Shown here: one piece after another, positions 1 through 11,726 of the stretch
Position numbering within the stretch: the stretch's first letter is position 1
Layout of the letters: the number at the start of each line of letters is the position of its first letter
Origin: Eledone cirrhosa
Lineage: Eukaryota
Assembly (NCBI GenBank): GCA_964016885.1
Contig: OZ024742.1
Coordinates: 337,156,001-337,220,000, forward strand
DNA: 64,000 bases
Direction: 5' to 3'
The notes under the pieces: generated by a model
What the model saw: the letters and a program-made list of their open reading frames with translations, nothing else
Told to the model about the DNA's origin: nothing
The model's database searches: none
Program-made: the position numbers and the translations under genes

Positions 1-265
1 GCCCGTGTGCTCCTCTGATCTATAAGTGATCAAGTGATTGTCTCATTTTTTGAAGTTTGTGTTACAGATAGAAAGGTCCCTGGCATCACAGAATACCAGG
101 ATCCTGAAGCCTTTCTCATTCTAGTACCAAACCCATAACCATCACAATGTTGTCCAACATGCCCATTAAGTTCGCCAGCAATAATTAAGTAGTCACTGTC
201 GATTATTTGGGAGGTAGTGTGCATTAGCGACTCATAGAACCTATCTTTTATAACATCAAGTAAGC
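1..265 (-). mobile_element. Degenerate RTE LINE AP-endonuclease fragment
   Basis: Translates ...KDRFYESL...YLIIAGELNGHVG...GYGFG, resembling the GDFNGHVG motif at 57790-57820. Frameshifted. Confidence 0.7.
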
Positions 266-269
266 CAGA

Positions 270-613
270 TTGGGGTGCACATGGCTTAGTGGTTAGAGCA
301 TTGGCCTTGCAATCAAAAAGTTGTGAGTTCAATTCTCAGACCGGGTGATGTGTTGTTTCCTTGAGCAAGAAACTTTATTTCACATTGGTCCAGTTTACTC
401 AGCTGTAGAAATGAGATGATAGGGACTGGGGTCCATATCATTCCACTGCAAAGTGGTCGTGGAGGTGCCACGGCAAAAAAAGCACCCAGCACTCATTGTG
501 AATGAGGTTGGTGTTAGGAAGAGCATCCAGCTGTAGAAATCAAGCCAGAATCAGTTCCCGTCCCACCCTTGCAAGCAGGGAAAAGTGGACGTAAAATGAA
601 ATGATGATGATGA
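270..613 (+). mobile_element. tRNA-derived SINE with RTE-like 3' tail
   Basis: A box TGGCTTAGTGG, B box GAGTTCAATTC, body with TTAGGAAGAGCATCCAGCTGTAGAAA, ending GGACGTAAAATG..(GAT)n. Near-identical copy at 26733-27062. Confidence 0.85.
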
Positions 614-691
614 TATACATATACACATATAAAATGTTAAAAAAATAATGAATAAAACAATGAAACAGTTCCTTATATTAAACAAAAAAAG

Positions 692-844
692 TTCATTATT
701 TAACGATCGTTTCTAGGACATATATGTGTTAGAATTGGCATGCATATTCAACAGATCTATGTACAAAATTATACAAAATTATACAAACTATCAAATATAA
801 TATACATACCAACACATACATATGCCGTCTTCAGAAATAATGAA
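692..844 (-). ncRNA. Type I hammerhead motif, inverted copy of 5748-5888
   Basis: Reverse complement of 5748-5888 with an extra 12-bp duplication (TACAAAATTATA) inside helix II. Confidence 0.65.
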
Positions 845-2204
845 ATATATTTATTGATAATAACAACAATTCAAAATTACAGGTCTGTTTGGGAACAGAG
901 TTCAAATTGACCAATGAAATACACAAAAATATATCAAGAAAATACAGTTAGGTGTGTGTATATATGTAAGTAACCTCGTTCACAGATATGCATAAAAATA
1001 TATGTTCACATGCATACGCATGTCGAAAAAATGTATGTAAATACAAAAATTCAGGGCTAATGTCTCTGTATGTTTATAATCTACAGACAAAATACACATA
1101 CGTATATAAACATATATACACTCATATATACACACATATATACATACATTCATACACACACGTGCATATACACATAAACATACACATACCCACGAACATA
1201 CACACACACACACACACATACGTATATATTATTATTATAACTATATGGATATTAAGGCGCACACATAAACACTGCCACATATATTTACATCTAGATGCAG
1301 AATTAAAGTAGGTAAAGGGGGTCAGTAATTACTGAGGGTGTCAGACAACTGCCTATTTATAAAATGTATCTATAAATTTAGAAATAAAAAGAAATATATT
1401 AAAAAGAAATAAACAAGTAAAATATATACTCATACATAAAATACACACCGATATACATATATATATATATATGTGCGTATCTATATGTGTCTATGTATTT
1501 ATATATGTATATGTATGTGTCTCTATATATATGTGTGTGTATATATATGTATATGTATGTGTATATATGTATATATATGTATATGTATATATATATGTAT
1601 ATCGATGTGTATTTTATATTTTACTTGTTTATATATTTTTTTTTATATATTTTTAATATATAGAAGTAGCTCCTATATATGAGCAAATAGAATCTTTAGT
1701 TTTAACTTTACATTTATAAACTATGTTGTTAACAAGACAATTTCCTTTTAATGGGCAGTTTGCTTTGTTTCTACAGTTACAACCTTTCGTTAATTCTGTA
1801 TTTGAGGAGATATTATGGTTAGTTTGATGTATTGGTGGTATACTTATGGTTTTTTTACATTTATATGCATTATAGGCACTTATATTTTGTTTCATGTTTT
1901 TGGTTGTTGAGTATTAAAACTAAAGATTCTATTTGCTCATATATAGGAGCTACTTCTAACAATTTTAAGGTAAGGTTTAATACCCACAAACATAGTTTTA
2001 AAAATGCCGCACTGGCTAATACAACATCTCTAGCAGAAAAAATTAATAGTTATAGAAATAAGAATATAGAATATGATATGACCTGGAGTGTGCTCAAAAG
2101 AGCCACCCCTTATCAAAATAATAGAAATGAATGTAGATTATGTTCCCAAGAACTATTTGAAATAATGAAATCTAAGGATATCCTATTAAATAAGCGACAG
2201 GAAT

Positions 2205-4290
2205 TAATTATATCGTGTAATCATAAACTGAGAAAAACATTTAAATATTATAAACCTAATTAATAATATATATTTTAGAAATCAATATATAATTTAATTT
2301 AAATGTAGTTAACCTATAACTTTAATTTAATTAAAATTCTACTACAGATGAGATTAAAAAATATTGTGTAATCATAAATTGTGAAAAACTTTTAAATATT
2401 ATTAACATAATTAATATATACTTTGTAAATTAATTTATAGATTAATTTTAGTTTATTTAACCTTTTATTAAAATTCCTTTACAGATGAAATATAACAAAA
2501 TATCGTGTAATCAATAACAGAGAAATACTTTTTAATATTATAAACCTAATTAATGTACAATTTAGAAATTTATTTATAAATTAATTTTAATTTAGTTAAC
2601 CTATAATTTTAATTTAGTTAGCTTAAAATTAAAATTCTAATACAGATGGATTGCAGAATATCATGTAATCATAAACTGAGATAAACTTTTAAATATATAC
2701 CTAATTAATATATTCTTTACAATTAAATATATATATATATCGTAGGTAGAAACTCCATTTTGTGTCCTAAATGCAAAGTATGGGTGCATAAAAGATGTAG
2801 TGGGATCACAGGTAAGCTAACTAAGAACATAGATTTTACATGTGGCCGGTGTTCTGGTGCAATAAGTAGCAGCAAGTGCCCACACAATACTAGCTCTTTC
2901 AATTGCGCAGAGGGTTCTATAGAAATAGTGGACAGCTTCCGTTACCTGGGCGATAAAATCAGCAGTGGGGGAGGGTGCTCTGAAAGTACTGTAGCTAGAG
3001 TCAGAACTGGTTGGAAAAAGTTCAGAGAGCTTATACCACTATTAGCTGCTAAAGGGTTCTCCCTAAAAATGAAAGGCAGGTTGTACGATGCCTGCATACG
3101 AACAGCAATGTTGCATGGCAGTGAGACCTGGGCATTGTGTGCAGAGGATATACGCAGACTAGAGAGGAACGAAGCTTGCATGCTCCGCTGGATGTGTAAC
3201 AGTAATATACGTGAACGGCAAAGCATAAACGAACTAAGGAAAAAATTAGAGATAAGAGGGATCAGATGTTGTTTCCTCGAGAGAAGGCTACGTTGGTATG
3301 GACACGTGATGCGCATGAAAGTCGATAGCTGTATAACAAAGTGCAGGGCAATAAAGATAGACGGTAGCCACGGAATAGGCAGACCTAGAAAAACCTGGGA
3401 CGAGCTGATAAACTCCGACCTCACACACTTACACCTCTCCAAGACAATGTCACTGGACCGAGACCTTTGGCGGTACTCAGTAACAGAGAAGACCCGCCTT
3501 GCCAGTGGGCATCTCTAACAAAATACACCCCGTCCCACCACCACCACCCCCACCCCATCCACACCACCCCGTCCTATGTAAAGTTATGTTGGTGCCGCGC
3601 CATCCGGGCCGAAACAAATGAGATCGTGTAGGTGTCACGACAAAAAAACACACAGTCCACGCTGTAATGTGGCCGTGTAGGCAACACGGTAAAAACCTCC
3701 CAGACCCACACTGTAAATGTGGTTGGTGTTAGGAAGGGCATCCAACTGTAGAAAACCTGCCAGACAGTCCTATGCGAGCAAGACAATCACTCTTGCCTCA
3801 AGTGGGACTACCCCCGTCCAAACCCATGCAAGCGTGGAACACGGACGTTAAACGTTGATGATGATGATGATGATGATGATATATATATATTAATTTTAAT
3901 TTTTGTTAACCTATAATTATATTCTACTATAGATAAAATACAAAATCTGCTTTAATTATTATAAACCTAATTAACATATACTATAGAAATTAATATATAA
4001 TTTTTAATTTAGTTAACCTATAATTTATATTCTACTACCGATGAAATACTTGATTTGGTTTTCCCTATTACTAAATTCATTTCCTAAAATTGATACCATA
4101 ATGTTAATATTTTTAATTTAGTTATGCTATAATTAATACTCTACTACTGTTTAACTTCAAAATTCCGCTTTAAATATTATAAACCTAAGCGGTATACACC
4201 TTAGAAATCATTATATTAACTATTTTTAACTTAGTTAACCTATAATTAATAGTCTACTTATATTAAAATGCATAATTTTGCCTCCTTTCT
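2205..4290. repeat. Degenerate AT-rich tandem repeats (~100-150 bp) in the Penelope 3' region, interrupted by an RTE insertion
   Basis: Recurrent motifs TGTAATCATAAACTGAGA, TATTATAAACCTAATTAA, GTTAACCTATAA and ATTCTACTACAGATGA at about 2212, 2364, 2503, 2661 and 3900-4290. Confidence 0.7.
2741..3880 (+). mobile_element. 5'-truncated RTE-clade LINE (PHD-like finger, ORF C-terminus, 3' UTR, (GAT)n tail)
   Basis: ORF 2760-3518 reads CPKCKVWVHKRC...CGRC, FRYLGD, MLHGSETW, RRLRWYGHVMRM, GRPRKTW. Ends GGACGTTAAACG(TTGA)(TGA)n and is flanked by (AT)n on both sides. Confidence 0.92.
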
Positions 4291-4419
4291 TACATTTCCT
4301 AATACTGAAACTACTATGTAAACACATATTATGATCTAAATGCAGATTAATATTCTATGTTCCTTGAAACCTATATTTACTATTTCCCACTAATAATTTT
4401 AATCCCCCCCCCCCCCTAT

Positions 4420-4583
4420 AATTATTCGTATTTGTAAGCGTGGATGTATGTATATGTATGTATGTATGTATGGGTGTTTGTATGTGAGTATAATAATAAT
4501 GTGCGCATGTAAATAAGTGTGTATGATTGTATATATATAGATATATATATATGTATATATGTGTATGTATATATATATATGTC

Positions 4584-4632
<49 letters not shown>

Positions 4633-4704
4633 TTGTAGAGATGTGTGTATGTATATATATATGTGTGCATAATTGTCTGACTGTGTGTATTTCTTTCTTT
4701 CTTT

Positions 4705-4742
<38 letters not shown>

Positions 4743-5106
4743 ATGTGTGTGTATATATATTTATGTGTATGTATATATCTATATATATATATATATGTGT
4801 GTATGTATAATCTCTTTATTTATGTATGTCTGAGTTGTGTGTGAGCGTGTGGTTGTATGTGTATATATATATATATATACATGGATATGTGTATGTGTAT
4901 GTATATATACGTATATGTATGTGTGTGTGTATATATATGTGCGTGTATGTATATATATGTGTGTATATATGTATGTATATATATGTGTATATATGTATAT
5001 ATGTGTATGTGTATGTACATATATATATGTGTTGTGAGTATATGTGTATATATATATATGTGTATGTATGTGTGTCTATGTATTTATATATGTATATGTC
5101 TCTATA

Positions 5107-5139
<33 letters not shown>

Positions 5140-5140
5140 G
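4420..5140. repeat. Compound (TA)n/(TG)n microsatellite
   Basis: Low-complexity dinucleotide mosaic; source of the YIYVC-type spurious ORFs. Confidence 0.95.
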
Positions 5141-5747
5141 TATATCGGTGTGTATTTTATGTATGAGTATATATTTTACTTGTTTATTTCTTTTTAATAT
5201 ATTTCTTTTTATTTCTAAATTTATAGATACATTTTATAAATAGGCAGTTGTCTGACACCCTCAGTAATTACTGACCCCCTTTACCTACTTTAATTCTGCA
5301 TCTAGATGTAAATATATGTGGCAGTGTTTATGTGTGCGCCTTAATATCCATATAGTTATAATAATAATATATACGTATGTGTGTGTGTGTGTGTATGTTC
5401 GTGGGTATGTGTATGTTTATGTGTATATGTGCGTGTGTGTATGAATGTATGTATATATATATATATATGAGTGTATATATGTTTATATATGTATGTGTAT
5501 TTTGTCTGTAGATTATAAACATACAGAGACATTAGCCCTGAATTTTTGTATTTACATACATTTTTTCGACATGCGTATGCATGTGAACATATATTTTTAT
5601 GCATATCTGTGAACGAGGTTACTTACATATATACACACACCTAACTGTATTTTCTTGATATATTTTTGTGTATTTCATTGGTCAATTTGAACTCTGTTCC
5701 CAAACAGACCTGTAATTTTGAATTGTTGTTATTATCAATAAATATAT

Positions 5748-5888
5748 TTCATTATTTCTGAAGACGGCATATGTATGTGTTGGTATGTATATTATATTTG
5801 ATAGTTTGTATAATTTTGTACATAGATCTGTTGAATATGCATGCCAATTCTAACATATATGTCCTAGAAACGATCGTTAAATAATGAA
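5748..5888 (+). ncRNA. Type I hammerhead ribozyme motif with ~100-nt helix II (Penelope pLTR)
   Basis: TTCATTATTT-CTGAAGA-[102 nt hairpin]-GAAA-CGATCG-TT-AAATAATGAA. Helix I is a perfect 10 bp and helix III is palindromic. The base of helix II is imperfect. Confidence 0.7.
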
Positions 5889-6159
5889 CTTTTTTTGTTT
5901 AATATAAGGAACTGTTTCATTATTTTATTCATTATTTTTTTAACATTTTATCTTGACTCTGTATTCCGTTTATCTTTCACCGAAAGTGATTTTTGAATGC
6001 ATCTCTTCTTTCCATGATATCCGGATTACATTGAGTTCTTCATACGGATTGGACACTACCGTAAACTTTTGGTAGATTTATCTATATACACACATATATA
6101 TATATACACACACACACATATGTATGTATGTATATATATATATATATATATATATACAT

Positions 6160-6553
6160 TTACACCTCACAAAGGTGATGACACACGACTGCAACCTGTG
6201 GCGTCACGCAGTAATACAGAAGACCCGACCTCCCACGGCTACAAACCGAAGCTGAAGCATATAGACAATATGCCCCACCCCTTCCCACTGCAAAGTGGTC
6301 GTGGAGGTGCTACAGCAAAAAAGCACCCAGCCCACACTGTAAAGTGGACGTGTAGGCACCAAAGAAAAAAAAGCACCCAGCACTCACTGTAAATGAGGCT
6401 GGTGTTAGGAAGGGCATCCAGTTGTAGAAATCAAGCCAGATCAGTTCCTGTATGAGCAAGGCATGGTCAGCCGACCGGACACTGCCCACAACAGGACAAC
6501 CTGTCTAACCCATGCTAGCGTGGAAGAACGGACGTAAAACGGTGATGATGATA
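6160..6553 (+). mobile_element. RTE LINE 3' end
   Basis: Matches 16745-17143 (CACCTC..TGACACACGAC..GAAGACCCGAC..AGGAAGGGCATCCAG..GGACGTAAAAC..(GAT)n). Confidence 0.85.
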
Positions 6554-6624
6554 TACATATACACACACATATATATATATTATAAAAATAGACAAAGAAG
6601 CCTTCAATACATCAAAAGTCTTTA

Positions 6625-6672
6625 TTAGCCTACAATGTTTCGTCCCATTAATAAGGACTCATCAGGGCAATT
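6625..6672 (-). ncRNA. Minimal type I hammerhead ribozyme
   Basis: Minus strand reads ATTGCC-CTGATGA-GTCC-ttattaatg-GGAC-GAAA-C-att-G-TA-GGCTAAT. All core nucleotides are present, helix II closes G-C, and the cleavage triplet is GUA. Confidence 0.8.
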
Positions 6673-7739
6673 AAACAGATAAGAAGCATTAACGGCCAGA
6701 ACAAGCCAAAACTCAGAAGAATAGGGAATTCATATCTATGAAAGCTTATGAGAGATAATTAAGCGCAAAAATTAACTCTTAATATAGTGAAACAACTTGA
6801 AATAACACGTGTTTTTTAACGTTGAAAGTATAACAGATTTTTAGCATATCAACATGGCTTCCCAAAGTAGTGAATACCAACTTTGAGGGTTTTACATGCG
6901 ACGACATTCGAAATGAAAAAGAAACACAAGATAATATTAGTGACTTATCTTCAAATGAATCAGACGTATTTATTTCTGACGATGATAGTTACTTTGAAAG
7001 TGAAAGCGAAGATCTGACGGACACCATTGAAAATATTACAGCAACATGGTTGAAAGATACAACACCAATACATGTTCACACCTGTTAATGAACTTATATA
7101 TTGGGAACACTTTGTTACGTAAATTTACACCGTACGTTGTGTAAGAGTTCATTGCAAATATTATTTTGACTGGTGAAAAGGTTTTATACATTTTTTTCAA
7201 TGAAAATATTTGCCTGGAATGTAGAGAAAGACTAAAACCTTGTACTGATTATATCTGCATTTTTAATTAATTCACCTGTTCGGAAAACTGCTAGAATTGA
7301 TGGAAGTCAACATCTAGGTCATTGTTTGATAACTTTTTCTCTTACCGGAATTCATATTTCTCAGTGAATTATAAAAAAAATTTCAACTATCAACTTTTCT
7401 CACTTGCCAATTTTGAAAAGAAATGTCATGTGCAATAATCTGTTTCCTGTTAAAGTAAATACATCACAATATGTGTTCATAGCAATGCTAAGACAATGAA
7501 ATCACATTTTAAATACCGGGTATGCATTTCTATGGATTTTAATGACGGATGGTTCGGTCAGATGGAAAAAAACGTAAACACTATGAAGTTTTAGTAAAAA
7601 ATTTAAAATCAAGAAATATATGTATAAGAAGGTAGATATGAAATTATTATGTTAAATAATAAAAAATATTAACAAAGTTATTTTTATAAATAACCATCGT
7701 TGATTAAGTCTATGAAAAATCATTGGTCAGTCTGATGTC

Positions 7740-7817
7740 GATCGGATAGGTCGCACCCCAAAAATTATACTTATTTATCGTTAAAAAAGTGCGACCTATA
7801 CGCGAGTATGTACGGTA
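7740..7817. mobile_element. Possible pogo/Tigger-like DNA transposon terminus
   Basis: Ends TGCGACCTATACGCGAGTATGTACGGTA with an internal inverted TAGGTCGCA. The upstream acidic pseudo-ORF (6855-7088, NFEGF..SDDD) may be a transposase relic. No matching other end was found. Confidence 0.4.
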
Positions 7818-7924
7818 ATAATTGTTGAAATTAATGCATGCAAGATTTCACAGTTCTAGCATCACTCCTTCATAGCCAGCCTTTGAATTGTTCAGCCCAC
7901 TCTCATATATATTAGGATGAATTA

Positions 7925-7971
7925 AACAACACAAACAACATTTTCTTCTTCGTTAATCTAATCACTTTATT
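7925..7971 (-). promoter_or_regulatory. Candidate distal polyadenylation signal (AATAAA plus GU-rich downstream element) of BPNT2
   Basis: Minus-strand AATAAA at 7971-7966, followed about 25 nt later by TGTTGTTTGTGTTGTTT. Other AATAAA hexamers lie nearer the stop codon, so which one is used is unproven. Confidence 0.4.
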
Positions 7972-9891
7972 TACATTGGAAAAAACAACAGAATTTAATC
8001 AGAAAAATTTGTAATGAAACAATTCTTTTTTTAAACAATACCCAGGAAAAAAAAAAGTCCAGTTTGTAAAGAATTAACCCCAAAATGACAACAGCATGAC
8101 CCCACTGTAAGATTTAACAACTCGACTAGAAAGGGGAACAGCTTAGAATAAAGGGTTAAAATGTTATGGTTTGGGGAAAGTCAGTACAATGTAAGTTACA
8201 AATACAAGCATGAAAACTAAAGTAAAGCAAGGAAAACAAGACAGTTTACACTTTTATCATATATTTCTTTTTACCTCATAGCATTAACGTACCCCTCATC
8301 ACCTTTAAAAAGGGATCTTAACCACGAAATATCAATATAATTTGAAAGTATAAATTGTTTTTGTTTTTTTAAATTTACATTTACTCTAGTTTTCACTCTT
8401 ATATTTCTAATTTGTATTGTGCTGACTTCTCAAAACAACCATAACCACATATCTCACAATGCTTTATATAAACAATAGTCAGATGCACACACCATAGAGA
8501 CCTCAAATGCAATTAAATGGACAAACGAAAAGAAGCAAAAAAAATTGGTGTTATCAATTCATATGACAAATGGTTTGTTGTATTGTAAATGTTAAAATAA
8601 TACATTAAAAAAAACAAAAATCTTACAGGAGTGAACCAAAATATTTATGAAATGAAAAAAAAAAAATATTGGAAAGACTATGAAATATAAATTTTGCTAA
8701 TATATATTAATGAATGTACATTGATATAACCTTTGAACCCACCAACCTGGTATTCTAGTACTGATGATGTTTCAACATATCTTATCAGCCTAATATTTCT
8801 TTCTACCATACATTCCTGTTTACATTATTTTCTGCATTAAAGTAAAGGAACCAATCATCAGATGATACTAAGCAAGCTGTATTTCTATTGGTTCTTTTGA
8901 TTGTTGATACTGTCTGCTGGTCACAATTCCAGGCAGAATCATTACAACTTTTCTGGTGACGGGAGGCGGGATTTGAACTCAGAACTGGAACAGATGCTTT
9001 AAAGCATCTCCCCCAATTCTAACAATTCTGTCAATCTACTGCCACTGGACTGTTATCCTATTTATCGATGACAAAAGATGAAAGACAAAGTTGACTTTGG
9101 TGGGGTTTGAATTCAAAGTGCAGAGAGCCAGAACACATATTGAGGCCTTTAATTCGATGTAATAACTTTGCCAATTTGACGCCTAATTTTGCATGAATCA
9201 CTCATCATTTTAAATAGTTGCTTTAGCTTGAGTTTTTTTTGGAAGCCATTATCAAGATTTAAGTCAAGTTTATATATATATAATTGTTTTTTCAGCTGTT
9301 TTTTTTTTGTTCTTATATTCACCCTCCAGTTTTACTGCCCCAATAGAATGATTAACTCTTAATATCCTGTTTCACATGAAACCACATTAGCAAGACATTC
9401 TTGAAAAATACAAAACACCACTATGACTGCATCTCATTAAAAATTAAGTCTTTATTCAAATACTGCAATTTTTCATAATCTACCCACCAGATTTAAAAAA
9501 AACAAACCCGTTTTTAGACATTTTCAGCCAAATAATTACAAGAGTTAATACATTGAATCTCTAGAAGTCTTCCTCCAAGCTAATACTTAACATTTTAGCT
9601 ACTGAAATAACTTATTTCCAAAATACTACAGACAAACACATTGTTAGGGAAGAAATATATTTGTAAGTATTATGTATATTTTTCATAGAAAAAACATTTT
9701 TTTTCTTTATTTTATTCCTTTTTAATATTAAAACAATTATTTTTTCACAAAGAGCTAATCAGTCAATTTTAGAACCAATATCAAACATATACTTTACAAC
9801 AAAAGACTACATGATTGTGAGAAAGGTAATTTTTCTATGGAGAACTTATTAATAGACATTACCAAGCTTTGGCTAGATTTAATAGGTCGCT

Positions 9892-10042
9892 GGGGTAGCC
9901 ATAGGCACCTGAATGGGCCCTAACTATGCCAACCTTTTCATTGGCCATGTTGAGGCCCAAATCTTTGCCAAATACACTGGTCCCAATCCCCCGAACTGTA
10001 TGGTCGTTATATTGACGACTGTATCGGGGCCACGACCCTCTC
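9892..10042 (+). mobile_element. Penelope-like reverse transcriptase fragment (motifs B and C)
   Basis: Translates GVAIGT*MGPNYANLFIGHVEAQIF...ELYGRYIDDCIG with one stop and one frameshift. Confidence 0.8.
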
Positions 10043-10083
10043 CTATTTAATACATTTACGCTACAGAAGACAAAAAGAAAGAA

Positions 10084-10125
<42 letters not shown>

Positions 10126-10204
10126 TTTGTGGATTTATAACTAAAAATATTTAAAGTAAAGAAAAAAAAGAACAAAAGACAAAACAAAATTCTAAGAGAA
10201 ACAT

Positions 10205-10810
10205 ACATTCTTTTATTCTTTTACTTGTTTTAGTCAATTGACTGCAGTCATGCTAGGGTACTATATTAAACGTTTCATGACTGCATTTCTAATGAAATAC
10301 ATTCTATTTTAATTAATTAATGAATAATTCTGAGGGATTTACAAAAATTATTAATTATTTCATTACTAAGATAGTAACTTAATGTAAGGTTTTTATATAA
10401 AATTATGTTGGAAGATTTTAATTTAAAGTAGAAACCTTTAAAATAGGATAGTTTTATTTCATAGAGTCAGAGCCGGTTTTGGCCAGGTTGGTAACTAAAG
10501 GGTTAAAGGAATTTAGTCAATGATGTTGATCCCATTACTTATTATTTCAAGTCTAGTACTTTATCGATCTCCTTTTGTCAAACTGCTATGTTACAAGGAA
10601 TAAACACAAAGACATACACACGCGGCTGTTAAATGATGATGATGATTATGATATATGACAGGCTTCCACAGAGTTTCTGTGTATGAAATTTCACTCAAAA
10701 GGCATTGGTTATCACAAGGCTATAGTAGACACCCAAGGATCTATGCAGTGTGTGTGTGCCTGAAACCACATGGGTGCAAAGTGAACTCTTTAACCACACA
10801 GCCACACATA
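10205..10810 (-). mobile_element. Degenerate tRNA-derived SINE with an internal insertion
   Basis: Minus-strand head GTGTGGCTGTGTGGTTAAAGAG..GTGGTTTCAGG at 10760-10808. The 3' part ends ..AAACAAGTAAAAGAATAAAAGAAT. Confidence 0.5.
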
Positions 10811-11691
10811 CATATTTATTACAATTTCTTAACTGGCTGTGCTGAGACACTGTACTAAATATGTTTGTAAAATCCAAACATAGAACAGTTATGTAATTGT
10901 GTTATGTCTTTTGTCAACAATAGACATAAATACACAAATGAATTAATTACAGTGGGCTCACTTCTTACATAATCAATTGGATCCTGAAACCCCCAAGTTA
11001 TTAAAAAAAAAACACAAAAAAAACCCACATCTTTTCAAGACCCTTATATAAAAGTACCTATATATGTGATTGTTTTGGAGGAGGCACAATGTCAGATTCT
11101 GTGGATGTGGAGAAAACTCAGGAAAAGAATGATAGCAGAAAAACTTAGAAGACTTATCTCACTTACAATAGCTGATGCAGTTTCATGTGGAACAGGATGG
11201 TTAAAGGTTTTACAGCTTTAAAAAATAGTTTTTAAATATTTTCCAACTGTGCAAGATATAGAGTCCACTGTATTATTCTGGGATAAGAATTCTTATTTTT
11301 CATGCACAAATATTCAATGAAATGGTTTACTTATGTTCAAGTTGTATACTGAATTACTAGAGAATGTAGCAATTTCTAAGAATTCTAAGTTCTTGTTTAG
11401 CCCTAAGCTAGCATCCTAATTATCAAAGGATTTCCAATGTGCTCTTTCTTTCTTAAAATGGTGGGGTGTAATTTGAGAGTTTTGACTGCTAATTCAAGCA
11501 GGTTGAGCATCCACACGAATACTCAATGGCTTGTATAAAACTAATCATTAAAAGGAGGTGGGTGTCAGCATACATACATGTGGGCATGTGCAAGAGATGT
11601 CAACATGAATGGACCTGTTATTTTTATCTAAAGACATTTTTTCCAATCCCATCCTGCCCGTTCCCTCAATCTATCTTATTTCTCATTCTTT

Positions 11692-11726
11692 CTTCTGATG
11701 AAGGACTAGTGTCCGAAACGTTAAGA
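11692..11726 (+). ncRNA. Minimal type I hammerhead motif (Penelope pLTR remnant)
   Basis: TCTT-CTGATGA-A-GGAC-tagt-GTCC-GAAA-CG-TT-AAGA. Helix III is the palindrome ACGT (dimer type). Confidence 0.75.

Larger units (their letters stand above)
629..5951 (+). mobile_element. 5'-truncated, 5'-inverted Penelope-like element (GIY-YIG endonuclease) with ~830-bp inverted terminal repeats
   Basis: 629-1470 is the reverse complement of ~5130-5951. The GIY-YIG domain is split: minus 1660-1895 reads CNCRNKANCPLKGNCLVNNIVYKCKV..YIGATS, and plus 1915-2263 reads YIGATSNNFKVRFNTHKHSF...CRLCSQE...LLNKRQE...CNH. Each repeat holds a hammerhead motif. Confidence 0.85.

Noticed and set aside
270-345. tRNA gene (also 26733-26805)
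   Set aside because: A and B boxes are present but there is no clean cloverleaf and the sequence continues into a SINE body and tail. It is a SINE head.
980-5604. YIYVCVC/HTHTYI-rich ORFs (also 23035-23690, 56532-56886, 62361-62723)
   Set aside because: Translations of (TA)n/(TG)n microsatellites.
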